Below, one piece after another: positions 35,072 through 48,097 of a stretch of 50,765 nucleotides of DNA (position 1 is its first letter; each line of letters starts with the position of its first letter). The translations under genes were made by a program, and so were the position numbers. This DNA comes from Spizellomyces punctatus DAOM BR117 (lineage: Eukaryota): the NCBI GenBank assembly GCA_000182565.2, contig KQ257451.1. The stretch is one strand, 5' to 3'. The notes beneath the pieces are model-generated. The model was not told where the DNA came from. It ran no database searches and saw only the letters and a program-made list of their open reading frames with translations.

Positions 35072-37090
35072 TTTAGCAAAAAAAAATGTCTGTATATCGT
35101 TCTATTATAGCGTCAAGTCGACGGGGGCGAGAATTTGGAGAATGCCCACGTTTTCCTGTAGATGAAGCCGATGGCAATTTTATAATATAATTACACTTTG
35201 TAAATAGCATAAAAAAAGGAAGAATGTCCCACGTTAGCCTTCACAACACCACACTATCATGGGTTACGGACAAGATGCCTGAAGCCTAGAAGTCGTCCAG
35301 CGTAATCTGTCTGAATTCAACCTTTCCAATAATGTGTCGCAACTGGGATGTTCCCAACTGCCCCTGTCTCGTGATAAGTGGGGTCGTTTCCTCTCTTGCG
35401 GACACATAAGAATCAAAATGCCTACAAGATTGTAGTATTAACTTTCAAAGATTGCCACGCTGAACCCTCTGGCCTGCATCTTGGTCCGGGCCTCTAATGA
35501 GTCCAACCATAGTGTCCATAAGAAGATACAACCGTGAAAATACGACCAATGATGAAAAGCAGCCTCCGTAAATAAAATCATTAAAGGCCATCTTCCGAGG
35601 AGGAGAACGCCAAACTTTTATTTACGCCCATACAGTGGCTACTCTCGACGTCTCTATCGCCCTCCACTCTCACTCTGGAATTAGGTGCCGTTAAAAATCA
35701 TGTCCATATCTCAATATTTCTTGTTTCAACTCCCGTCGTCTTTTTCGGCGGGTAAGCTGGCGCTCTACCGTCCTCTCTCGCCTACAATTATCACTACACC
35801 CTGGGTACCTCCTCCACGGCCTGTCTTCCTTGAAACAGGCAGGAACGAGTGCGTACATGAACTTGTCTCGACTGTGGCGACATTGGATGTGGATCCAGTT
35901 TGCGAGTGCTCGGTCGTCCTTGTCAAATGATCCGGTTGTAGTTTCGTCTTTGCTTAGACGTGACTGGCAGTCATCTTTGCATCCATCAAGCACCACAATG
36001 TCGTGAATTGGCTGATCCATGACACTTGGCAAGCTATTTGAATGTTTGTCCTCGGCGGATTGCATGCCGTCGTTGCCTGCGTTCATAGCATGGTTGACTT
36101 GAACCTCTTGAGGCATACCATCTAACAAGGTTTGGACAACAGACTCCAAGGACTGACCTTTATATCCCACTTAGAGGTTGAGGCTGAGCCCAGGCGCTGG
36201 AGATGGAAAGCTGCCCCGCATCCAGGACCCATTACGTAATCCGGCGTGCTCAGGCCAAAGTAGGCACACATGTTCGTTGACATCTACGCCACGGATAGCT
36301 TGTATTGCCTACGCATTCAATGGCGCATTGTCGACTAGGTTAAAGTTAGTGCATAGGTACTCGACGATGCAGGAGTCGGCTCCGACGATAAATAAATGTG
36401 ATCAGGCATAATTTGTGTCTAGAATGGGGTATACATATCCGTTGTAGGTAATGCAACGGTTCTTTAAATTACTGATGGGCAGACGCAGGGTTAATTAGAG
36501 AAGCATAATTCTATTGAGCATCATTTACTTTTTCGCTATCAGTGTATGTCCTTGTTCTCTTTTCCACCCACTATACTTGTCTTTCTCCCAATATCTCTTC
36601 CATGTTTGGCTTCTTGCGTGATACAGGACTTTTTAGTGCTGCGACCACGGACGATCAAGTCAACACTGGATCCTGGAATTCCATCAAATTCAATAACATA
36701 AATGACTCTATTCATGTGTTGATGTTTATGCGTAAAGTCCTGATTCAAAGCTCCGAAGTAACTGTGGAGGCGGAGTTTATTGATAATTAGCATAAGGATC
36801 ATTTGGATGGGTTAGCGTTAACTGTCGTGCTCGTGAACCTTGATAAAAATAGCCCTGTCCAGTCGTGTTTATCCTCAGCATGTTGCAACTGTCAAAAATA
36901 GCACACAGTGTTTACTGATATATCTTAAAGTTATGCTCTGAAATCTCCTTTCTCTTCCGACATCCTGTTGACCTGCTCAGGATACCAGGCATGCCACATA
37001 ATGAAGTACGACACTTTTTTTTCATTGGTAGTAATTATCTTATAGAGTCTTACCATCTTCGTATCAAATAGGACATCAAAGGTCTGGAGA

Positions 37091-38912
37091 ATGGACAAGA
37101 CAAAGTCCCACCAGCTTTGGTTTCGAGATGGACGGGAAGATTTCGGGACCCCGTCGCCCGAGCAAAGTATGCCTTGCACGTCACCACCGACTTTTGGTTA
37201 CGATGATACTCATCCTACTACCTCTGCCAGATACGAGAGAGCAAACTGCAGGATATACAGACGAACAAATACTAGCATTTGCATCAGCGGCTTGATCTTC
37301 AGCCTATTCTTTTGGGTCGCCTACACAAGTACTTATTATAAATACGGGTGGTACTTTCTTATTGTTCCCTTCGGCGTAAGTTTTTCTACGTTTGTTAATT
37401 GAGAACCATAACGATTATATTCTAATTCTTGGACGGGCGCAAATTTATAGATGACCTCGCTTATATCATTAGGCTCGATTGTGGTTATCTATACTATCGG
37501 CATGCGATGGGGAAGCCGTTTCTTGTGTCTGATCATCTACGTCTATTTGACAATCCTCTACGTGCTTCCCAAGGTTGTACCTGCTTTCGATACACAGAGA
37601 TTCGTGGATGGTACCGATATGCTCATGCTCCAGCCGATTGAACTCATGGTTACCTTTGTGTTGATTATTGGGCCCCATCTTGAGTGGCATTACAAAGCCA
37701 TAGCCTTGTGCTCATTTGTAATCGTCAGCAAGATGATCCTGCTGGGCGGAACCAGACCGGATTTGATGATGAATGGCGTATTTCAGATGATCGGCCAGAT
37801 TGTTGTTGCAGTTGGAGTATCACTACATGCAATGCTAAGGTAAGGTCAGAATGGTGCATACCGGTGGAGGCCTTTCGAAATGTCTTTACATCGTCTATTC
37901 CAGAAGGGAGCTTCGTGCCAAGCACAATCATTTGATTTCAATGAAAGAGGAAGCAGAGAAGCAGGATGACGTATCTTTAGAGGAACCTGCCAAGCTGCTG
38001 AGCCATTCACTCTTCAGTCTCGCTCCACCATCACTAAGTCACACCTCGAATGTCATCGCACGTTGGAGCGTCACGTTTATACATTTACTAAGAAGCGGCT
38101 TTCATTTCCTCTGCAACCAACATTTCAACGATCCGCAGAAAGAAATGGAATTTCAAGTGTACTGCTCTCGGATGTCGCAAAGAGAGCATCGATACATGTA
38201 TAGCACCGCAGCATTATCCAGTCTATGTGGCGCCCTGATGCAGCACCTTCGACATGGAGATCAAGCCTACAACATTTTAGAGTTTGCCGTCATCATACCA
38301 AGCATCTGTATTACGGGGGCCATTGTGAAATCTCTCCCGGCTCTGGGACCATTACACCCAAAACGTGAGCAATTGTGCTCTACGATCCTCTACCTTGTGG
38401 CGCAAATTGCGTCTATCGCCATCGCCCTTCGTACTGCAAAGGTCATGATCGACTTGGCCGCGGTAGGCATGTTTTCCATACCAGCGAGAGACGCCTTCAT
38501 CTGCTCTCTGATAGCGACCTTGAATCTCATCATATCCAGAGCTTGTATTGATGGGCTTCGAGGACGTTTTGCCTTTGCCTGCTGCTTAGTCGACATTGTG
38601 GGAGGCCTCATGCTGGAGATGTGGTTCAACATTGTACACTCTTATTTCTTTGGGCTAACGATTACGATGCTTGGGGTCATCGTTGGGCTACTCATTCAAC
38701 CCCGCGCAGAGAAAGATTTGAGAGTCCATCACGAGATGTTGGCCCGGCATGGACGACATCTTGAGCTAAAGGGCGGAATAGAGAATGCACTGAGTATACC
38801 CCGGTTGTTCTCGCCTTTGACCAAGAAATCAATGTCCATCAGTCGCTCCTCTGGCCTTGAAGTTATCGAATGTGAAGTCAATAGATATCGAAAGGGCAGC
38901 GAGATGAAATAG
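37091..38912 (+). CDS. Multi-pass membrane protein (two clusters of about 6 TM), 3 exons, function unknown
   Basis: ORFs 37091, 37451 and 37851 are joined by GTAAG..AG introns and contain many hydrophobic segments. Confidence 0.75.
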
Positions 38913-39165
38913 AGCAGGCCAACGGTGAAAGAAAGACCTTTTGTGAAATAGTTGTTTTGTACTTTATAGACAATGTAGCCCCGCTATAAAAAAATCCTCA
39001 ACAAGTACGATTTGGGGAATATAGACCATCATCTTGTCGTTCATCGTCTAGTCGGGCGAGCGGGTAACGCGCGCATAAGCCACCAAATGATGACATAAAC
39101 ATGACTCAGAGATCTTGTCCTTTTGCTTTTGCATCTTGCAGAGATCTTGAAAACGGTTCAGCAAA

Positions 39166-41718
39166 ATGACAACGCGCAGAAAAAAGCCCTTTAGTCACAA
39201 GGCCAAAAAGGCCCAAATGCAGGAAAAACGTTCCAGGATACGGGACGACTGGACATGGGATGACCGAGAAGGTAGATGCCAGGCAGCGGTGGACTGTGAC
39301 TCTTGGGACTATAGATCTCAAGTAACAGACGCCCGTCCGCATTCAGCTGTATTTTATTCAATATAATTCTTATACGGAGGGAACCATTTGACCTTTCTGA
39401 AGCTGATAGCGTAGAATCGAAAAGCCAGCCACGAGCAGAGCCAAGTGCCAACCTCACGGAAGGAGAAGGTGACGGAGAGACGCACAGTTCAGCACTCTCA
39501 AAGGAAGACGTTGAGATGACAATGGATGGACCAAAGGTTGCAGAAGCTGGGTACGGAAAAGGGACACTTGAATCCGTGTTTGCAAAGTGGCCCAAAGACA
39601 TTTTAGAGCAGCGGAAGAAGGAGAGTATGAAACCACTCCGTCGCCTACCACCGGTTAGAATGCTAGACAACACTTCAGCAGAATCTCGTTTTTGTATTCT
39701 AAAACCGCTTCGCAGACGTCACTGGAAGTCTCTTTCGAGGATCTCTATGCTGCGGACGCTATCATTGACATTCCCAAGCGTCCCCCATGGAGCTACGCTG
39801 AATCAAGAGAAGTGGTCCAAGAGCGTGAGAGCAGCTATTTTCAGAAATGGTTGGATGCCGTCTATGCCAAATATCCTGCCGAGGAGCTCAGTTATTTTGA
39901 ACATAATTTGGAGGTATATGTGGATGAGAATCAGTGGACTTGTAGCTCAGAACTTAATTCCATTGTGTGCAGGTTTGGAGACAACTATGGCGTGTCGCAG
40001 AGATATCGTACGTTGCAATTACATGTGAAGCAATGATTGCACTCTGCTAAAGTCTTCAACAGCGACATTATTTTGTTCATTGTTGACGTGCGACATCCGA
40101 TCCTCCACTTTCCCCCATCCCTTTATGATTATGTTGTGAAAGATCTTGGGCGAAAACTTATTTTGGTATTCAATAAGGTCCGCAAATGGCTATTGTGCGC
40201 GCGAGGTACATTTAAAATAGCTCCTCATACAAACCTTTACAGATTGATTTGGTCGGCCAAGACACACTTGAAGCATGGACAAACTATTTCAGGGCAGAGT
40301 TTCCTGAGATCAGTGCCGCTAGCTTTAGCTGCTACCCCAAAGATGGGTTTTTGAAGTCAGACTCTGCTACAGGTGCGAGAGTCTATGAACAATGTCTCTT
40401 CATGTGACTCTCACATACCCGTATGTTCTCCCGCCAGCTGCCTTGAAGTCCCGCGTCCGCCGAAAGTACAAGCGATACTACCGCGCTGTGGGTGTGCCAG
40501 AAGTATTACGCGCTTGTAGAGATACGAATCTGGTAAAGGGCGGTGTCGAGGTTGATTGGGATGTGCTTATCGATCGAGCTGAGGATGAGAGAAGAAAGCG
40601 GGAAGAAGAAGCTAAGCGAAAAAGCGACGAGGAGGTGTCGGGGAGAAGAGGACGACGAAAGCGGGAACAGTTGGATGCGAAAGAAGACCTTACTGAAGAT
40701 GAGAGCCAGGAGAGCGAAGTGGACGAAAACTGTGAAGATGCTGGCAAGTTGCGTCTCTACGAAGGATATAGTCACAGACATACATTGACATTATTTTTCA
40801 ATTGTAGATAACATGGTGAATAAGCTAGATATCGAAGAGCACGAAGCAGAACCAAATAAAAACTGGGTGACGATTGGTCTAGTCGGTAAGAACACAATCA
40901 GTTTTTAGTTGCAAATCCTGACTGTTGCTCACCAGCGGTGGATAACAGGTCATCCGTAGGTATCGCGCAGCGTATTCAATTTTATAGCTGTACTTAATAC
41001 CCAGGTCCCATTCAGAAACGTTGGAAAATCATCATTGATTAATAGTGTTATTGGACGCAAGGTCGTATCCACATCTCGCACACCAGGGCATACGAAGCAT
41101 TTTCAGACGATACACTTGACGTCCGATGTAAGATTATGCGATTGTCCGGGACTGGTATTTCCCGCCATTGTGCCCAAACCGTTGCAGGCAAGTTCTGCAT
41201 TGTTGTCGAAATGCTAGCGAGTCATGTGTGATTTCAACATGCTATCTCCCATGAAGATCCTTGCGGGGATGTACCGCATTTCGCAAGTTCAAGAACCCTA
41301 CACGTCCATCCAATACCTCGCCGAACGTGTTCCTCTGGAGGAAATTCTCAACCTTCACCACCCTGACCAAGACGACCCAGATACTGCATCCACATTTCAT
41401 TGGTCGGCCTGGCGAATTTGCGAAGCTTTTGCACTTGACCGTGGGTTCCTGACAGCGCGGGTAGCCCGTCCCGATGTATATCGCGCCGCTAACATGATAT
41501 TAAGAATGTGTGTGGATGGAAGAATTTTGTTAGGTTTTAAACCAAAGGGATTTTCGCAGGGCTTGTGGAGGGAAATTGGACACAATGCATCACGAATGGA
41601 GAAGGATGAGGAGCGCGCTGCGGTGAAGGAGGAAGAAGATGACGAGAGCGAGGAGGAAGACATTCAACCAGAGCAAGATGGTGGCGCCTTTGAGTTATTG
41701 GCGGGAATGGATGAGTAA
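39166..41718 (+). CDS. GNL1: Guanine nucleotide-binding protein-like 1 (circularly permuted GTPase), multi-exon
   Basis: RKKPFSHKAKKAQMQEKR N-terminus; SYFEHNLE|VWRQLWRV; HFPPSLYDYV; FNK|IDL; spliced GLVGHPNVGKSS; SRTPGHTKHFQT; DCPGLVFP. Confidence 0.9.
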
Positions 41719-42911
41719 ACGATTACCTTTTTTCATTGCTCGCAACAAATGTGCATCACGAGGGAATTATCTTCAGAAATACATACCACATGTTCTCCCA
41801 TTGATCCAGTCGATATCGTATACTATCATAAAATCATTTGCAGGTGTGATATAAGGGAAACACCTTCATTCACTCGGAATGGGCATCATGGCATGGAGAC
41901 GCTGGAAACCCATGTACAACGTCTCGGTTATCTGTGGCTTTTGTTGATGGACACAATGAGAAGACTGATCTAAATATGCTCGTTCAATGAAAATTCTCAC
42001 AGGCTTTACAGCCATCAACAAGCCCTACGGTCAGTTAGTGACGAACTTGATGAATACTTGTCGTAATCTGTTGCTCTTTCCTAGTCTCGCTGGGTGGTTT
42101 CTAAAGCGAAGTTGAATTAGGATCTAATTCAATGACAGTGCTCTGGCACTGGACATACTCGCCGCCCAGAAACAACGATAAAGGTACCAGGGTGCACATG
42201 TTGCTGCACAATCTACCCCCGAAAACCTTTCGCAGCGAGCATGCTAACTTAATGTGGGCCAATCTCGACGAGCGCTCTTTCTTAACATGGGCTAATAGAA
42301 AGATGGTTTAAATGACATGCTTACGGTATAAAGCCGTGACTCCTCGTCAAGAAATAGCACAGATTGCCTGAGTTGCTGGCAGTCCACACAAAGAACAAAG
42401 ACTGTTAGATCAAGGAAGAAGATACTGATTCTCTGTATGTGAAAAGGATTCCAGACAGTATGGCTTTTTGGCTCAAAGAGAGACAATTAAGCGGACAAAG
42501 AACCTAGTTTGGCAACCTGTAGGCCAAGGAGGCCCGCAAGTTTCACTTTGTGGGGATAGAATATGAGGTAATGCCTTCGCTCACAGGACTGAAACTTCAC
42601 TTCACTCACAATACACTGCATGTCCTATAGTGCTGAGCTCCTCCGGCTTGGTGCTGGTCACACTTTTAATCAGAAAAGGTAAAGCAAGAGTAAGAAAGCG
42701 ATTTGCATTTTCCATCAAGCACAAGGTCAAAAGGCGTGTAAAAGCAAGAGGACAAGAACTTAGGGTCATTTGTTTATATTTCATCACTGGGACGGTTCCA
42801 ACCACCCAAGCGATTTGTCGTGCTGTGTCGTTGCTTTCGCGTTCGAGGACGGCCCAATGACTCGTGTGCGGCAGAAGGAATGGTGCCCTATTCTTAAAGT
42901 ACGAGTAAAAC

Positions 42912-43466
42912 ATGTTGGAACGAGCATCAGCACCTGCCCAGGACACAGCAGGATCCACGGATCGATTGTCAACTGATGGATCACCCAACGACGGAGGAGC
43001 CCCGGAGGCACCTCGCACCATAGACGTGGACGCTCTTTCCGCAACAATCCCCCCACAAAAGCCCTCCCATCACCCCTCCCACACCCGAACCCTGCACTTC
43101 ATCCAGAAATCTCCCACGCATGTAGTCCCTCTCCTTCTCCACATTCACCACCACGATCTCTCCTCCTTTACACCAACGCACTTTACAGCTCTTCTCACCG
43201 CCTTACAACCCGCTCTCCTTTCTCCTCCTTCCGACTCACTCGCAACCCATGTCCGATGCACAGGCTTTCAGGCAGCTTACTACTTTCGACCAGCAGAGCA
43301 CCAGTCCATGATGCTACGCCGCGACGGACGGTTGTGTAAAATGTATGTGGAGAGGAGGATGGTGGTTGTGATTGTTGAAATGGGGGATCGGAAGGTGCCG
43401 GTGGATTATCTGGGGGTTTGTTATAGAAAGGTGGGGATTGAGGAATTTTTCGAGGTGGGTGGGTGA
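42912..43466 (+). CDS. Small hypothetical protein, possibly SLX4IP-like
   Basis: 184-aa ORF. VVPLLLHI..FTALLTALQP..GFQAAYYFRP..H pattern is recalled from fungal SLX4IP-like proteins; not verified. Confidence 0.5.
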   Translation: MLERASAPAQDTAGSTDRLSTDGSPNDGGAPEAPRTIDVDALSATIPPQKPSHHPSHTRTLHFIQKSPTHVVPLLLHIHHHDLSSFTPTHFTALLTALQPALLSPPSDSLATHVRCTGFQAAYYFRPAEHQSMMLRRDGRLCKMYVERRMVVVIVEMGDRKVPVDYLGVCYRKVGIEEFFEVGG

Positions 43467-43598
43467 GTTTTTTTCTTTTTCGCCACTGCTTTTCTTTGGA
43501 GAACATGCCTTTGGTCCCAGCGTATGTGACAAACGAGCAAAATAACGTCCAGTGCTATTGCAACTATACCTCAATAACAAAAAACAACGCACACATGC

Positions 43599-45163
43599 TC
43601 AGTATACAAAATCCTTCAGCCCATTCAAATCTAGATCAAACAGCCAAACACCCTTGTCTGCACCTCCAAATGCAACAACTTTCTCGTTCGCACTCATCGC
43701 AACCCCGTACACCGTCCCCGGCACAGAATGCACCATACCCACTGGCCGCTTGAGAGCCGTACTGTACAATTTGACTTGATTGTGAATTCCTCCTCCGCCG
43801 GCTAGAATGTACTTGTTGCCGTTTTTGCTGTATTGAGCCGAGTAGAGGAGCGTGTGGTGTTTATTGTCGGGATCGACGGACCAGGGAAGGGTTTCGACCA
43901 GGCTGTGTGTTTTAAGGGACCAAATCTAGTGTATGACGAGTGAGTGTCAGGTCCCATGGAAGAGATGCGGATGGGCGCTCATACCTGGAGGACGTCCTCC
44001 TTCCGCCATGACCCGGTCAGTATCTTTGACCCATCCTCCGATATGTCCAAAGCATCCCCGCAAATGTGTGGTCCGTAGATGCTTGCGACGGAATGTCCCA
44101 CACGAATATCCCAAATCTAAATGAAAGCCGTGTCAACTCCAATGCTCACCACGGTCATGTATCGAAAGACGTTTACCTGGATGGTATTGTCCCAACCACC
44201 ACTGATCAAACAATGCGGATCGGTTGGATGGAACTTTACCGAAAAGATACGGTTAGAGTGCCCGGCTGTGTCAGCGGGTATACCGCCCGTTCTACACTTG
44301 AAATCAGCACACGCCATCTTTCACAGAAATAATACGAAAAAAAACGCACTTACCCAGCCTTCATTTTCGCAATCTCCTTCATTCCCATCCCATCATACAC
44401 CCGGACCCAACAATCACTTCCTCCCGTTGCAAACCGCATCCCATATCCATCATACGAGACGCAATTGATCTGGTTATCTGCTTCCTTTATCGTCGATATG
44501 GCTTGTCCAGATGTAATGTGATAATGTACAACATGTCCTGAAGCGTCTATGGTGATATTAGTGACATTGTTTAGCGACGTGCGTGGCGGTCAAACTTGAA
44601 GAAACGTACATGAGGCTGCAAGTACGTTCCGGTTCTTGTACGCTGCATTTTCGGGACGAAAGGCGAGACCAGTGACTGGGAGGGCGGTCTCGAGGGGAGC
44701 AGGCAACGTACATAGCGTCTCATGTGTTCGGACGGATATAATCTACGTATTTCATTTCAACAACACATTTGGCTACACTTTTGAAATTTTGCAGAAAACG
44801 TACTGGTATCCGTGCATCACCCAATCCAGCCGCAACATATTCATCGTCCAAAGAGAATTTCACAGTGTAAACCTCAGATGAATGTCTAGCGTTTCGTTTA
44901 GTTCTTTGCAATATAGACGTATACGGAGCATCACATACTTTTGAGAAACTCTTGATCGAAGTTGTCCAACCGTAACCGATTCTCTTGATCCAACCAAATT
45001 ACCTACCCACCACCGTCAATGAGGTACAATAACAACTGGACATACAGTATTGTATACCTAAACTCGCAAACTTTTTTTTCCGCTTGTCTACTTTATTGTC
45101 AAGTGCGAGTGGGAGCGATGAGGCGCTGCCGTAGCTCCCTCGGCTGGATTGAAGGGTCGTCAT
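43599..45163 (-). CDS. WD40-repeat protein, multi-exon
   Basis: HSSEVYTVKFSLDDEYVAAG; GHSNRIFSVKFHPTDPHCLISGGWDNTIQ|IWD; IYGPHICGDALDI..ILTGSW; the last exon ends FGGADKGVWLFDL..VY*. Confidence 0.85.
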
Positions 45164-45432
45164 GGCCTTTTGGAGTGCGAACACGGCGAGACGAAAGGTT
45201 GGGACGCGTAGGTATGGTGATAGTATGTAAGCAGCAGATCGCTTGGATCTCGCATCGAGTAAGAGGCAAATACGATGGAGTTTTCTTCCAACCTCCGCAA
45301 CATGCATCGTTTACCAATGACATTGCATATAAACACATGCGACGGATAAGGAGATGTGTGCAACTTTTGCGGACTGCAGACCTTTGAATTAAAAAGGGCG
45401 GTCTATGTGACGCTGACAGGCTGTCAAAAAGC

Positions 45433-45525
45433 AACCAAAAATAACGTTACAATATCAACATAGATTGTCTTGCAATAAAACCAACAATAACGTTACAAAA
45501 TCAACATAGATTATCTTACAATAAA
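45433..45525. repeat. 46-bp tandem duplication upstream of the WD40 gene
   Basis: aaccaa(a/c)aataacgttacaa(t/a)atcaacatagatt(g/a)tctt(g/a)caata at 45433 and 45479. Confidence 0.85.
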
Positions 45526-45592
45526 AAGTTTCGTTTCACCACATTATGATAAATTATGCAATAAGGTTCTAACCGACTTTTTTCTATTTACT

Positions 45593-46639
45593 CTAAAATC
45601 CTGGGACAACCCATACAGGCACAGTTTCCTCCACCTCTTCTCCCCCATCCAAAACCATCCGCACAAGCACCCAATGTCTCACTCCCACCAACGCCCCATG
45701 AACCTCCTGCGCAACACCCTCGACTTCCAATGCACCCCGAGCACCAAACCCTTCCTCAGGCACAGGCAACTCTGTCTCGCCTACGACCCGCGATTGAGTC
45801 CACTCTACTGGCGATGGACCCGTGAATGGGTTCAGAGTCGGTTTAAATCCTTTCTGAATGGTTTCTTCGATGAGGGATGTAGTCAGTCTGCGGATTCTGT
45901 GTGCGTTCGTAAAGTGCACTGTAAAATGAAGCGTGGGGCATTTGGAGGTGTAAGGGTTCAAGAAGAGTAACCTAGGTCCTGTGTATCGGATTCCAATATT
46001 GTGTTGCTTTGAATCCCAGACCGGACTGAGGAGCTCCATCTCCAACTTTGTCGGTGCGCGATGAATAATGAATTCACGTCTCTCAACTGCCTTGTATCCC
46101 CCATTGTTTAATACTAGCGTCGCATCGACAAAGTACCGAATGGAACCGTCCTCGGTCATACATGTTGCTGGACAATTATCCGGAATAGAGACATAGAAGC
46201 CAAACTCCCGATCTGCCCCTTCTTTGTCGTCTTGCGATGGAATCCACAGCCACGATCGTCCATCCAGTATCATGCGATGCCCGTACACATGATTTTTGCT
46301 CGTATACGTTCGCTCAACACCTCGCACACGCAATGAAATTCCTTGAAGTCTGCGAAATGGGATAGATCCATCATATCGCACGCGTCCAGAGAGTCGTGCA
46401 GGTGAGCGCTGAAAGGTGTCTGTCTCCTGTATTGGTGCTTGAACGCCACGGAGATGGATGGATGGGCTGTCGAGGGTGATGGAAAAGACGTTTACCAACT
46501 TTTTAGTCTTGGCGGGTTGGTCTGCATTACGGGTATAAGGAGGTGGTGCTGCAGATTGCTGATATCCTGTGTGGCGTGTGCCAAAGCTGGAGTAGGAGGG
46601 GAGGACTTCGGTGATATGAGAGCCCAAAACGCAAGTCAT
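45593..46639 (-). CDS. Alpha-arrestin-like adaptor, single exon
   Basis: Arrestin-N pattern LSGRV..ISLRVRGVE..EFGFYVSIPDNCPAT..GSIRYFVDATL; PY motifs LPSY and PPPY near the N-terminus. Confidence 0.8.
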   Translation of the reverse strand: MTCVLGSHITEVLPSYSSFGTRHTGYQQSAAPPPYTRNADQPAKTKKLVNVFSITLDSPSIHLRGVQAPIQETDTFQRSPARLSGRVRYDGSIPFRRLQGISLRVRGVERTYTSKNHVYGHRMILDGRSWLWIPSQDDKEGADREFGFYVSIPDNCPATCMTEDGSIRYFVDATLVLNNGGYKAVERREFIIHRAPTKLEMELLSPVWDSKQHNIGIRYTGPRLLFLNPYTSKCPTLHFTVHFTNAHRIRRLTTSLIEETIQKGFKPTLNPFTGPSPVEWTQSRVVGETELPVPEEGFGARGALEVEGVAQEVHGALVGVRHWVLVRMVLDGGEEVEETVPVWVVPGF

Positions 46640-47509
46640 GTTTGAATATCACAAGGAGGGTGGATATTCAGCATACCCTTCCTGGTATTTATATGCCATG
46701 CCATACTAGCTGATAGCTAATGGTAGTTTCATGAACCCACATCAATTTCATCGATCTACAAATGTCCCACTACGCAATTTTTTTATTTTTTTGTTATCTA
46801 GAATCCACTAGCGGAGAGTGAAAATCCAGGACATCGATACACAGCCTAAATATCCACACATTCTGTTTTGAAATTGTTTGAGGATGGTGCATTTATAAAC
46901 AAGAAACCAAAAGTTCCTTGAACAAAAACGTTTTCAGCTCCGGACTTTTGACGCGCTTGTAGCGAATGATGTCGCTTGACGCGATGTTGGGGACTGCGCT
47001 TTTCGGATGTTTTTTTTTGTTTTTGGTTTTGATCGATGTGGTCTTTTTGATTTTTCTTTCCAGATTTTGTGGGGTCTATGGGTAGCTTTGACGTTGGGGA
47101 TGAATGAATCGGGAATTCAGCACTGCCTATCCCAGGGAACTTTTAGGTGCCATGACCTCACGGACTTTGACCTGGGTTTCGCGACGATCCTTAGTCCTTT
47201 TGAACTGGACTCTGTTTCAGGGACACTTGAAAAGAAAAATCCTACAGAATGCACTTGTCTGCTGTGCATCAGGCACCCAGCCCTCCAAGTTACATGCAGC
47301 ATCTAAAATATGTTCCACTATGGATTCGAGCCCGTCCTCAGCACACTATTCAAGGCTGGGGCGGAGAATCCGCTGACAAAAAAGGTCGGAGCATCACGTG
47401 CCGCTTATCGCTGCGCACATGTGACAAGAGGTTTAGAACACTTGGGGGATCTGAGCTTTTTCTTGAAAGCAGTTTCCGACCAGTTTTTTTTTCTTGAAAC
47501 CAGCACTAT

Positions 47510-48097
47510 ATGGGCGCAAGTGCCTCAGCAGATAGGTCAGCAGTGAGCGATCACCCGGTCATGGTTGAAAAGAGCGTTACCAAATCCGCTCGTATGGCAA
47601 CCAACGAGGTTACCTTTAACACGGTGCCTCACCGAGTCCTCCAACCCTCGTCACCACTCACACTCCCAGAAGAAGCCGAAGAAATTAAAGAATTCCATTT
47701 CCACATTTATTGGATTACAAGTGACCGCAATGCCCACGATAAAGCCATGGCTTTACGCCAACGCATCCTAGAACTCGTCGATGCAGGGTTTTTCAAAGTT
47801 GTCCCTTTGAGCACTGTCAATGAAATCCCGCGAGGACCTCACCCTGTTGGCTCTTATGAAGTCTGGGTGCCATTCGAATATTTTGCTCGATTTTACTCTT
47901 GGGTCTCTTTGCATCGTACCCCGGACGTATCCATCTTGATTCATCCGTTGACAAAAGAAGAAATTAAAGATCATACATATCGAGCAACGTTTATGGGACC
48001 TTCTATGCCGTTGAATTTGAATGCGCTTTCGGAAAAGTTGGATCATGTGCCACTTCAGTATCCGGAATTGGGATTTGGTTATTCTGCTCGCAAATGA
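47510..48097 (+). CDS. DOPA 4,5-dioxygenase family protein
   Basis: EFHFHIYW, PRGPHPVGSYEV, LHR..SILIHPLT..DHT..A.FMG..LNL. The true start may be a downstream ATG (47560 or 47593). Confidence 0.88.
   Translation: MGASASADRSAVSDHPVMVEKSVTKSARMATNEVTFNTVPHRVLQPSSPLTLPEEAEEIKEFHFHIYWITSDRNAHDKAMALRQRILELVDAGFFKVVPLSTVNEIPRGPHPVGSYEVWVPFEYFARFYSWVSLHRTPDVSILIHPLTKEEIKDHTYRATFMGPSMPLNLNALSEKLDHVPLQYPELGFGYSARK

Noticed and set aside
27841-41718. NOG1 and GNL1 as part of the polyamine system
   Set aside because: Conserved housekeeping-type GTPases; adjacency alone shows no functional link.
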